A stretch of DNA of 32,000 nt. Source: Candidatus Saccharimonadota bacterium (GTDB lineage Bacteria > Pseudomonadota > Alphaproteobacteria > CAJXXZ01 > 1604HC). The notes under the pieces were generated by a model that searched no databases, was not told the DNA's origin, and saw only the letters and a program-made list of their open reading frames with translations. Where the stretch lies: NCBI RefSeq assembly GCF_008189525.1, contig NZ_CP043314.1, forward strand, positions 450,001 to 482,000, read 5' to 3'. Position numbers and translations under genes: made by a program. Shown here piece by piece: positions 9,350 through 17,715 of the stretch. Position 1 is the stretch's first letter, and every line of letters begins with the position of its first letter.

Positions 9350-12300
9350 TTAAGAAGGGTTGTTTTGAGCAATAAAGTGCTCATCATTAATCTCTCTGTT
9401 CACTGTATTGAAAATTATCTCAATCTTTTTAAACGCATCTAATGCATTATTAGACTCTGCTCCAGAAGGAAGGTTTGAATATGATGCAAATTTTTCAAAT
9501 CTTTCTGTTTCTTTTAGTGAGCTCAAGTTCCTCAAAGAAACATTGCCATCTGCATTCTTAGCAACATTCAAGTAGTATTTGAATGTTTTTTGTGATTCAT
9601 CTTTGTATTCAACTCTCTCAAGTGAAATCTCACTGTCATCATTGCTTAGATGAATCTGTGCTTGACCTTCTCCAAACGCACGTTTCAAAACTGTTTTGAA
9701 GTTTGCTTCATTAAACATAGCACCATCTATAATAATTATTCCATCTCTGTTCTTTTTTAAGTATGTAGCACAAACACTCTGTGGAACATTTATTCTATAG
9801 AACTTGTTTTTATCAATATCTCTATTTGCGTTAATATCACCTTTAGAGAACTTTAAGTCATACAAGTTAACATGCAATTCAATTTCTTTCTTGTCTCCAT
9901 TAGTTACAGCTCTTGCAAAAGCATTTGTAGTCAAATCCATATCTTGATATTTAGCATGTGTTTGTCTTACAACTGCATGAAGTTTCTGATCACCTGTCCA
10001 CTTTGGATCATAAATAGGCTTCAATTCAGTTAGATTGTTATCACTACTATCTTCATCATATCTTTCAAATAAATCAGAATCCTTAACCAAATTATCACTT
10101 GATTCTAGCTCATCAATGCTTGTTAAGTAATCTGTGGTTTTGATTAAAATTGAATCATTGTTTTTTTCTGAATGTGTTATTCCTTTCTCTAGATCAACAA
10201 CCTTAACCATAAATGCTTTTTTAAATGCTGATGATTTAGATGATTTCTCTACAGAATCAAATAATTTTGCTATGTTAACCGTTAATGCATCATCCAAAAG
10301 AGTTTTCAATCCTTCCACATCAACTATACTGCTAGTATTACCTGACTCTAAATTATTATTTAAGTAGCTTTCAGCTATAATTTTTATATCAGAACTCAGT
10401 TTTGAAAAGCCTTCTACAAAATCACTTAAAACTCCAGAAACCTTTGTAAGATCATTATCATCTGAAGCTGTTCCAATAAGCATTCTATTTGATCCGTGAG
10501 CAGCGCCAGGTTTTGTTATTTTAAGAACAAGAGAATCAAATCTGAATAATGATTGAGCTGAGATACCTAAGCCTTCAAATCTTTCATAAGCAATTAAGTA
10601 ATCTTTAACTCCATCTACTAGGTTGGCAAAGTCTCCGCTACCACCTACATTAACCAGCCTTGCATTTTCATCTCCAAAGAATTCGTTTACATATCTACCA
10701 AACACTCTTGCTTCTGGATTTTTTAAAATTGATGACAATGTGGAAATTGAGTTTAACCTATCTTTAATTGCTTCATATGAATCTAACTGATCTTTTACAC
10801 CATCCTTATCCCAAACATTAAATAGTAATTTATAAACAAGTATTCCCTCTTTATCGTTAGAATTAGACTCCAATAAAGGCAAAAAGCGATTTTCTATATT
10901 TAAAATAACACCTGGTTCAGATCCATTTACCCCTAGTGCTTTCAAAGGAGCAAATAATGTTTTGGATATTTCAAAACTTAATTCGCTCTTAGATCCATCT
11001 GGGAATGTATTAGAGATGATTTTACTAGCCTGTTCTAAAATTTCAATCAAAGAATAGAATGAGAAAAGATTATCACCACCCAAACTATCTACATTGTGTG
11101 ATTTCTCTACACTGTAAATCCTATCAAATAAGTCAAATGATTCTGATAAAGTATCGTTCAAAGCATTCATTCCAAGTTTAATTGTATTACTATCTTTGCT
11201 GTTCTTTATTATATTTTCAGTAATTGCATTTAACCTACCAACAAAAGCATCCTTTGCATTCTGTTCTGAAAAGTAGGATGAATTTATCTTCTCATTTAAG
11301 TAAGACTTAAACACAGCTTCTAGTAGCTCTGTGTTATACCCTGATGATAAAATTTCACCTACAGTGGAGCTTTCTCTATCTTTTAGCAACATTTCTAAAA
11401 CAGCATCCACAGTATTATCTAAGTCCTCTGCTTGGCCTAATTTATATTCTTGAGTGATTTCGTGAATCTTTTTCCCATATTCTACTGCTAAATCATAAAC
11501 TGTATTCATATCAGTAAGTTTAAAACCAATTGCTTTATCTTTATTTTCCAACTCTATTTTTTCTAAATCTGCTTTCAAAAGATCTACGACCTTAGGGTTT
11601 TCTGCATATAGTTGTGCAATTTTTTCAAAAATTTCTAAACTTAAGTCACTTTTTTCCATTATACTATGGAACAATGCAGATCTAAATGAATCTTTTAGTG
11701 CTTCATCAGATCCACTATTAACAGTGTTGTAAATTCGTTTGTTATTGTTATTGTTAATTATATCTCCAATAAAATCGACTTTACTACCAATTTCTTCCAA
11801 AGATTTACCTTGATCTGTTACAGACAAAATATGTACTAACAATTCATCTCTTCTTGCATCATTTCCACTAAGTCCTAAGTAATCTACAATTTCAGATTCC
11901 AAGTTTTCTAACTTTGTAAATACTTCACTAAAAGCTTTGTAATTTGATACATTTATATCCAAATCATTAAACAATACATTGTTTTGTTCATCTTTTACAT
12001 CACTTAATTTTGTACCTTCAAATTCTAAATCTGAATAATATGCTTTAACTATCTCTGCTTCAGCTGCTGCAAACTTTTCTAAAAACACGCCTCTAGATTT
12101 AGCTATTGCACCAGAAACCCTGCCATCTAAAGTAGCTAAATCAGATGATTTATCATGTAAAACTACACGAATAGGATAAACTACTGCATTCACATCATAC
12201 GAGCTAAGTTTAATTCCCTTATAAGATAGCATATCACTATATGTTTTCCCTATTTCTTCAATGAAATGTGTAGCTTCTTTTAGTGCAAGTGATATTGAAA

Positions 12301-13765
12301 CATATTCTTTTGCTGACACATCAGAATCGCTGTACAAATACTCAAATTTACCTAACACAGAGTTTGTTCCATCAGCATTTTTATAGCTATTGTTTAGTTC
12401 TTTAATCAATGAAATTAATGAATTTGATTCCAATCCTTTTGTTACGTAATTACCAATAAAAACCTGAACATCTGATTCTGTGTCAAGTCTTACATCCAAA
12501 AGTTCTGTTTTGAAACTTTCGAAAGTTCTATCTGAATCAGCTAAAAATAAAAAGTTATGCAAGTTTTGTGAATAAAGTTTGTCTGCTGCTTTGTTTATAA
12601 ACCCAGAACTAAATAGATCTGCAAAAAAACTTTGATAAGATTCTGTTGAAAAATTACGACTCTCAAATGCTCTTAAACATAACTCAGTTACTTCAATAAC
12701 TCTTTTTGAAATAGTTTCTTTACCATCTGCTGTGTTCTTTGAGTCCATTTTTTCCTTACGTAGTACATTCATTTTATCAACGAACCATCTAACAGCATTA
12801 ATCATTTCTTGAGCTTCTTTTACAGACTTAGCTTTATCAGCTTTTGAGTCAGAATAGAAAAATGCATCATTTATAGCTCTTTTAATTCTATAAGGCTCAT
12901 AACTCTGTAGATTTTGATCTCCAATTTTAAAAGATAAGGATCCTTCAGGCAAATCTAGCTCCTGCACTACTTTATTTCTTATTTCGTCATAGCTGTCATG
13001 AATACTAACGTCAGAATACCCAAATCTCTGTGCAAAGCCTGGAGCTGCATCAGCAGAGAACCTTAATAGCTTTTCATCAGCTATTGAGATGTCTATGTTT
13101 AAATTAGTCAAATCAAACTCTTCTTTAGTTGATGCTTCTAATAAGTCCATTGAGTAAGTTGAGTTCAAGAACATTATCACATCACTAACCTTCTTCTCTG
13201 AATCTGTACTTACAGCAAAAAGATCATAAAGACTAAGTGGGTTTTCTCCAACTTGTGCAGTCAAATTTAATCCCCACACTCCATCAGCTTTACTGATATC
13301 ATATAAACTTTGATTTCCATTAGATTGTCTAGAAACTAATACGAATCTACCATCGTAAGATCCTATTGAACCCATTCCTAGTCCGTACGCAAAGCTATGC
13401 AAAGCTATGAATTTATTTCTTAAATCTACAGCCGGTTGATTTTGAGATCCAGTGAAATCTATTGCAGGAATAGTTCCATTTTCAAAAGTTATATTTAAAG
13501 CATTAGAAGTAATTTGCCCTTTATCATTAATAAGCTTGTGCTTGTTTTTGAATTCGTATTTAGTTTTTTGATCTAATTTTCCTGCAATACCCCTGACATC
13601 ACTTTCCAAAATAACTGGATACTTTGTCTTTTTTGAACTGCTTTCTGTGTAGAATAATCCAGTTGAAAGAATATCTATATCCCCAGCAGATATATTAGCT
13701 ACTGACAGCAGAAGAAGTGCTGACATAAGCTTAGTGTTTGTTTTGTTGTTTTTATACCTAGTCAT
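9350..13765 (-). CDS. Very large (1471 aa) hypothetical exported/surface protein, no recognisable domains
   Basis: Single uninterrupted ORF in AT-rich DNA. The N-terminus MTRYKNNKTNTKLMSALLLLSVANISA/GD has a basic n-region, a hydrophobic core and an A-x-A-like cleavage site. I count only two Cys in 1471 aa. I saw no internal repeats and no autotransporter-type C-terminal aromatic residue. Confidence 0.7.
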   Translation of the reverse strand: MTRYKNNKTNTKLMSALLLLSVANISAGDIDILSTGLFYTESSSKKTKYPVILESDVRGIAGKLDQKTKYEFKNKHKLINDKGQITSNALNITFENGTIPAIDFTGSQNQPAVDLRNKFIALHSFAYGLGMGSIGSYDGRFVLVSRQSNGNQSLYDISKADGVWGLNLTAQVGENPLSLYDLFAVSTDSEKKVSDVIMFLNSTYSMDLLEASTKEEFDLTNLNIDISIADEKLLRFSADAAPGFAQRFGYSDVSIHDSYDEIRNKVVQELDLPEGSLSFKIGDQNLQSYEPYRIKRAINDAFFYSDSKADKAKSVKEAQEMINAVRWFVDKMNVLRKEKMDSKNTADGKETISKRVIEVTELCLRAFESRNFSTESYQSFFADLFSSGFINKAADKLYSQNLHNFLFLADSDRTFESFKTELLDVRLDTESDVQVFIGNYVTKGLESNSLISLIKELNNSYKNADGTNSVLGKFEYLYSDSDVSAKEYVSISLALKEATHFIEEIGKTYSDMLSYKGIKLSSYDVNAVVYPIRVVLHDKSSDLATLDGRVSGAIAKSRGVFLEKFAAAEAEIVKAYYSDLEFEGTKLSDVKDEQNNVLFNDLDINVSNYKAFSEVFTKLENLESEIVDYLGLSGNDARRDELLVHILSVTDQGKSLEEIGSKVDFIGDIINNNNNKRIYNTVNSGSDEALKDSFRSALFHSIMEKSDLSLEIFEKIAQLYAENPKVVDLLKADLEKIELENKDKAIGFKLTDMNTVYDLAVEYGKKIHEITQEYKLGQAEDLDNTVDAVLEMLLKDRESSTVGEILSSGYNTELLEAVFKSYLNEKINSSYFSEQNAKDAFVGRLNAITENIIKNSKDSNTIKLGMNALNDTLSESFDLFDRIYSVEKSHNVDSLGGDNLFSFYSLIEILEQASKIISNTFPDGSKSELSFEISKTLFAPLKALGVNGSEPGVILNIENRFLPLLESNSNDKEGILVYKLLFNVWDKDGVKDQLDSYEAIKDRLNSISTLSSILKNPEARVFGRYVNEFFGDENARLVNVGGSGDFANLVDGVKDYLIAYERFEGLGISAQSLFRFDSLVLKITKPGAAHGSNRMLIGTASDDNDLTKVSGVLSDFVEGFSKLSSDIKIIAESYLNNNLESGNTSSIVDVEGLKTLLDDALTVNIAKLFDSVEKSSKSSAFKKAFMVKVVDLEKGITHSEKNNDSILIKTTDYLTSIDELESSDNLVKDSDLFERYDEDSSDNNLTELKPIYDPKWTGDQKLHAVVRQTHAKYQDMDLTTNAFARAVTNGDKKEIELHVNLYDLKFSKGDINANRDIDKNKFYRINVPQSVCATYLKKNRDGIIIIDGAMFNEANFKTVLKRAFGEGQAQIHLSNDDSEISLERVEYKDESQKTFKYYLNVAKNADGNVSLRNLSSLKETERFEKFASYSNLPSGAESNNALDAFKKIEIIFNTVNREINDEHFIAQNNPS

Positions 13766-14007
13766 GAAAGATTATTATCCATAGATTTGTTAAAGTAAAG
13801 TTAATTTCTGTTAAATTTATGAAAACATTTCTAGTTTTTTACTGCATATTCATTTATACAAATCTGCAGTATTTGATTGTGCTTTTATATACAAAAAATA
13901 AGAAAACCTACTAAATAGTCAATAAGCTCTAAATAAAAACAAACATAACTTTACTCTAAATCTCATTATAATTGAACAATCTCACTATACAAACAAATGT
14001 GCTAAAT

Positions 14008-14574
14008 TTATTGATTTACTTTAATAATCTTTCTAGTCAAAAAGAATTTTTCTATTTCTGATTTAATTTCTTGATAAGTACTTTGTACAATTTCTTTTTT
14101 AACCAAAAATAAAATTATTTGCTCCGTTTTCTCTAGTTCATTAGAATTAAAAATCTCATCTAAAGCACTTTTAATGCGACGTTTTATTTTATTTCTAGAG
14201 TGAGCTTTTCCGATTTTCTTTTTTACAATTATACCTATTTGTACATATTCTTTTATTTGTAGATTAGAGTTTATATTATTAAAATCACAAGGCATTAAAC
14301 TGTCCAAATTATGATTTCCAAAATCTTTACAAGTATTATCTAAGTTTAAATCTATATTGGAGTCTAACAGAGAATTTCTCTCTAAAACTCCATAACAAGA
14401 CATATTTTTATCTTCAGCAGAATTACATGAATTATGTTTTAAATTTTGTGTATTAATATTGGGTATATTAGAATTTTTTCTATATCTAATCGAAAATATA
14501 TCAGTAAAAAATCCTTTGCTCTTTTTCATAGAAAGAAAAGTATGGCTAGATTTGATTATAGAATATTTACGCAT
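14008..14574 (-). CDS. rnpA: RNase P protein component with ~75-aa low-complexity insertion
   Basis: The RNR motif IGKAHSRNKIKRRIKSALDE (cf. AHERNRIKRLTRE) is preceded by VQIGIIVKKK. The gene lies downstream of rpmH on the same strand. The N-terminal strand FFTDIFSIRYRKN is separated from the core by an N/S/D-rich stretch. Confidence 0.8.
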   Translation of the reverse strand: MRKYSIIKSSHTFLSMKKSKGFFTDIFSIRYRKNSNIPNINTQNLKHNSCNSAEDKNMSCYGVLERNSLLDSNIDLNLDNTCKDFGNHNLDSLMPCDFNNINSNLQIKEYVQIGIIVKKKIGKAHSRNKIKRRIKSALDEIFNSNELEKTEQIILFLVKKEIVQSTYQEIKSEIEKFFLTRKIIKVNQ

Positions 14575-14873
14575 TTTCTATTTCGAAAGTAAAACTTAGT
14601 AAAATCTATAAAAGTCCAAAATACATCTACGAAACGAAATATATCAAAATATCGATCAAAGATATAAATTTTATAATCTATACAAAATTACGAATATATA
14701 ATTAAATAAATCACTTTTATTTTACAGGATAGTAAATAATTCGTTCGCAAATAATACAAATTCTTAAAAATTACTTTTAAGTTTTTAACCCTATGCTTAA
14801 GTAAAAACTATTCAAGAACTGACTAACAAGAATTTAATCTGTCAATAAATAAGTTCTGAATAAATTTTACAAA

Positions 14874-15008
14874 TTAAGCGCTAAGGACTTTTCTGCCTTT
14901 CGCTCTTCTTCTGGAAAGAACCTTTCTACCATTTGCGGTAGCCATTCTTGATCTAAAACCATGTCTTCTTTTTCTAACTAAATTGCTAGGTTGAAATGTA
15001 CGCTTCAT
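14874..15008 (-). CDS. rpmH: 50S ribosomal protein L34
   Basis: Not in the ORF track (44 aa). My translation of the minus strand is [44 protein letters not shown], the canonical L34 sequence. Confidence 0.95.
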   Translation of the reverse strand: MKRTFQPSNLVRKRRHGFRSRMATANGRKVLSRRRAKGRKVLSA

Positions 15009-15064
15009 AAGTACAATAATGTAAGTTTTTCACAATTTTGTCAATAAATATAACTAATAACATA

Positions 15065-15093
15065 TTGAAAAGATTATATATAAAATATATCAT
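15065..15093 (+). promoter_or_regulatory. Candidate sigma70-type promoter for tRNA-Ser
   Basis: TTGAAA (15065-15070), a 17-nt spacer, then TATCAT (15088-15093), ending 7 nt before the first tRNA base. Chance matches are common in DNA this AT-rich. Confidence 0.35.
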
Positions 15094-15100
15094 TCGTTTT

Positions 15101-15194
15101 GGAGAGGTGGCCGAGTGGCTGAAGGCGCCGGTTTGCTAAACCGTTATACGTTTTTTAAGACGTATCGAGGGTTCGAATCCCTTCCTCTCCGCCA
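15101..15194 (+). tRNA. tRNA-Ser (GCU), type II with long variable arm, CCA encoded
   Basis: Acceptor GGAGAGG/CCTCTCC, anticodon arm CCGGT-ttGCTaa-ACCGT, variable arm hairpin ATACGT-tttttaag-ACGTAT, T arm GAGGG-TTCGAAT-CCCTT, then G-CCA. Confidence 0.9.
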
Positions 15195-15570
15195 TTTCTA
15201 TAAAAACATAACAACGATAGTTACAATCCAATTCAGGAAGGGAAGCTGCGAATAAAATGAGCAAATAATCCCTTCCTCTCCGCCATTTCTATAAAAACAT
15301 TACAGCGATAATTACAATCCAATTTAGGAAGGGAAACTGTGAGCATAGTGAACTGTAATCCTTTCCTCTCCGTAGGTTTCCAAAGAAGAATTACAACGAT
15401 AGTTACAATTTTATATTAAGGAAGGGAAGCTGCGAATGCAATGAACAAGCAATCCCTTCCTCTCCGCCATTTCTGTAGAAACATTACAAAAAAAAATATT
15501 ACAACTGTAGTTATAATTTAAATTTAGGAAGTGCACTTTTCAAATAAGATAATCAAGCAATCCATTAGTG
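15176..15570 (+). repeat. Tandem ~90-94-bp repeat array reiterating the 3' end of tRNA-Ser plus its downstream flank (4 copies + 1 decayed)
   Basis: AATCCCTTCCTCTCCGCCATTTCT(A/G)TA(A/G)AAACAT(A/T)ACA starts at 15176 (inside the tRNA), 15267 and 15451. A degraded copy (AATCCTTTCCTCTCCGTAGG) starts at 15357 and a remnant (AATCCATTAG) at 15559. Each unit also carries AGGAAGGGA, complementary to the next unit's TCCCTTCCT. Confidence 0.85.
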
Positions 15571-15592
15571 AAAAAAATCTATTTAGACCACT

Positions 15593-17089
15593 TTAGCAGC
15601 AACTATGATTAGTTTTTGATTCTTCTTTATCTGCTCCACAACAACTGGATCTTTTACTTCTTAAGCTTAGTCTGTAATCTTGATATTCAATTTTATCATG
15701 ATCATCTAAGTTTTTTTTATCCAAAGCTTTTTCGTAATAAATGTTTTTTGAATTTGAATTGCAAACTCCAGTTTCTGGTAATTTAAGCTGCACTTCCCTT
15801 GCTGCTTCATGATTCCCAGCAAGTTCATCAGCTATAGAGCGAACCTGCTCATATCCAGTAAGCATTAAAAAAGTTGGAGCCCTTCCATATGCTTTCATTC
15901 CTACTATGAAAAAATTTTTATCAGGATGGGACAGTTCATCTACACCATGTGGCTTTACAGTTCCACATGAGTGTAAATTTGGGTCAATCATCGGAGCAAG
16001 AGTTTTTGGAGCTTCTACAATTGTATCCAAGTCTAACCTCAATTCTCTTAACATATCTAGATTAGGCCTAAATCCTGCAGCAACAATTATTCTATCCACT
16101 GTTAAAACTATCTTTTTACCATCAAACTCTGACTTTACCTTCAATTCTGGTTCTCTCTTTATAAACTCACCATTGAACCCTGATCTATTTCTAGAATATT
16201 TCCTCTCAATTTCTTTTACTTCAAATGGAGCCATAAGATCTAAAGAACCTTCAGATATAGCTTTCTTTGCAGCTTGACCAAGCGCACCTCTTGCAGGAAG
16301 TTCATCATTAATACCTCCTCCAAGTAATTTATCCAATTTATTATTACGTAATCCCCAGATCAACTTTGTATCTAAGTTCTTATTTTTCAAACTTAATATA
16401 TCCAAAACCACATTAATAGCAGAATGACCGCTTCCTAAAACAAGAACCCTTTTTCCTTCATATAAATTTCTATTCTTAAGCAATATATCTGGAATTCCAT
16501 AGGAAATATACTCTTTGTTTTCTATTTCACCAATCACAGGCAAACCATCTGCACCAATTGGATTAGGGGTTCCCCATGTTCCAGAAGCATCAATTACTCC
16601 ATTTACTTCTGTAACATAATGAGAGCCATTCTCAGATTTATAGTGTATAGTAAAGGACTTTTCATCACGATTATTAGATGAAGATTTGCTGCTTTTAGAT
16701 TTAGATACAGCTATAACTTCAGCTCCATATATTATTCTGTTTTTCAGTTCTGGGATTTTTGATGCTGGATATAAGTATTCTTCTACAATTTCATTTCCAG
16801 TTGGAATATATTCTTTGTCTGGATGCTTCCAGTCTGTTTTACCCAAAAGATTAACAACTTCTTTGTCCATCACGTATTTCCAAGGTGTAAAAACACGAAC
16901 ATGTCCCCATTCTTTCATAGCATGACCTACGCTAGACCCTTTTTCAAATACAATAGGATTTAATCCTCTTATTTTTAAATGAACTGCTGCAGATATGCCA
17001 ACAGGACCAGCGCCAATTACAGCTATTGTGTTTTTATTTAAACTTTTCATTATTCCTCCGTTCTTTTTTAAAGAAATATTCTGAGTCAA
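15593..17089 (-). CDS. FAD/NAD(P)-binding pyridine-nucleotide-disulfide-oxidoreductase-like flavoprotein with Cys-rich C-terminal tail
   Basis: It has two dinucleotide-binding motifs: VIGAGPVGISAA...FEKG near the N-terminus and VLVLGSGHSAINV mid-protein. The tail is ...ETGVCNSN...SSCCGADKEESKTNHSCC, with two vicinal Cys pairs. The exact subfamily was not resolved by eye. Confidence 0.7.
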   Translation of the reverse strand: MTQNISLKKNGGIMKSLNKNTIAVIGAGPVGISAAVHLKIRGLNPIVFEKGSSVGHAMKEWGHVRVFTPWKYVMDKEVVNLLGKTDWKHPDKEYIPTGNEIVEEYLYPASKIPELKNRIIYGAEVIAVSKSKSSKSSSNNRDEKSFTIHYKSENGSHYVTEVNGVIDASGTWGTPNPIGADGLPVIGEIENKEYISYGIPDILLKNRNLYEGKRVLVLGSGHSAINVVLDILSLKNKNLDTKLIWGLRNNKLDKLLGGGINDELPARGALGQAAKKAISEGSLDLMAPFEVKEIERKYSRNRSGFNGEFIKREPELKVKSEFDGKKIVLTVDRIIVAAGFRPNLDMLRELRLDLDTIVEAPKTLAPMIDPNLHSCGTVKPHGVDELSHPDKNFFIVGMKAYGRAPTFLMLTGYEQVRSIADELAGNHEAAREVQLKLPETGVCNSNSKNIYYEKALDKKNLDDHDKIEYQDYRLSLRSKRSSCCGADKEESKTNHSCC

Positions 17090-17182
17090 TTTTCAATCAC
17101 ATATTAGATCATTTATACATAAAACAATCTGATGAAAGAGATTTCTTATGAATTTTTAATCTCTATACATAGAATCAAAGAA

Positions 17183-17590
17183 TCAACCTATGTTACATAA
17201 ATCATTTTTACATTTATCCTGAATTTTTTCAGATGTATCGCATTTTCCTAAGCATTTTGCAATTTTTAACCAAGCACTCAATCCAATTTGAAATGCTTCT
17301 AAGCCTCTATCAGTTATTGTGTAAACTTTTCTTCCACGCCCTGATACAGTTTCACTTTTACAAGTAGCATATCCACCTTCTTCAAATTCTCTTAGAATTG
17401 GATAGACTGCTCCTTCTGTAGGAGAACAGCATCCTCCTGATTGTGATTCAACAACTTTTGCAACATCATACCCATGCATTGATTTAGAACGAAGCGCACA
17501 TAAAATGAAAAATTTAGATAAGCTCATCTTAATTACACTATTCCAATATAATGGATTCAATAGGTCTTGTGATTTTCTCTTATCGCTCAT
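17183..17590 (-). CDS. PadR-family winged-helix transcriptional regulator, unusually Cys-rich
   Basis: ILCALRSKSMHGYDVAKVVESQSGGCCSPTEGAVYPILREFEEGGY...GRGRKVYTITDRGLEAF fits the PadR wHTH pattern (HGYei...spGtlYPiL.rLe..G...grkrkvY.iT..G). I count 8 Cys in 135 aa. It lies 93 bp upstream of the flavoprotein on the same strand. Confidence 0.75.
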   Translation of the reverse strand: MSDKRKSQDLLNPLYWNSVIKMSLSKFFILCALRSKSMHGYDVAKVVESQSGGCCSPTEGAVYPILREFEEGGYATCKSETVSGRGRKVYTITDRGLEAFQIGLSAWLKIAKCLGKCDTSEKIQDKCKNDLCNIG

Positions 17591-17680
17591 GTTTTATGAT
17601 ATACATAGACGCTCTAGGTGTCAACAGTTCTTTTGTAAAAATCATACGACATCTATGCGCCTCTTTCTAGAAAAAACAGA

Positions 17681-17715
17681 TTGACATACAGTAAGTTTAA
17701 AAATACATTTAAGCA
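17681..17715 (+). promoter_or_regulatory. Possible sigma70-type promoter for ogt (coincides with the TTG 'start' of the ORF-track model)
   Basis: A perfect TTGACA (17681-17686), a 17-nt spacer, then TACATT (17704-17709). If real, ogt translation starts at a downstream ATG (17717, 17750 or 17837). Confidence 0.25.

Noticed and set aside
14575-14873. 300-bp gap between rpmH and rnpA, checked for a small gene or structured RNA.
   Set aside because: It is uniformly AT-rich, with no evident ORF, stem-loop core or conserved motif. It is noted only as context for the rnpA insertion finding.
15176-15570. Considered whether the regular ~90-bp repeats are a CRISPR array, or whole tandem tRNA-Ser pseudogenes.
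   Set aside because: The repeat core is the tRNA 3' end, and the 'spacers' between cores are themselves homologous between units, so this is a tandem duplication and not a repeat-spacer architecture. There are no cas genes. The units lack the tRNA 5' half, D arm and anticodon arm, so they are not whole tRNA copies.
17591-17680. Possible PadR operator: CATAGA (17604-17609) and TCTATG (17652-17657) form an inverted repeat in the padR-ogt divergent region.
   Set aside because: The arms are only 6 bp and are separated by 42 bp. This is well within chance expectation and unlike compact PadR operators.
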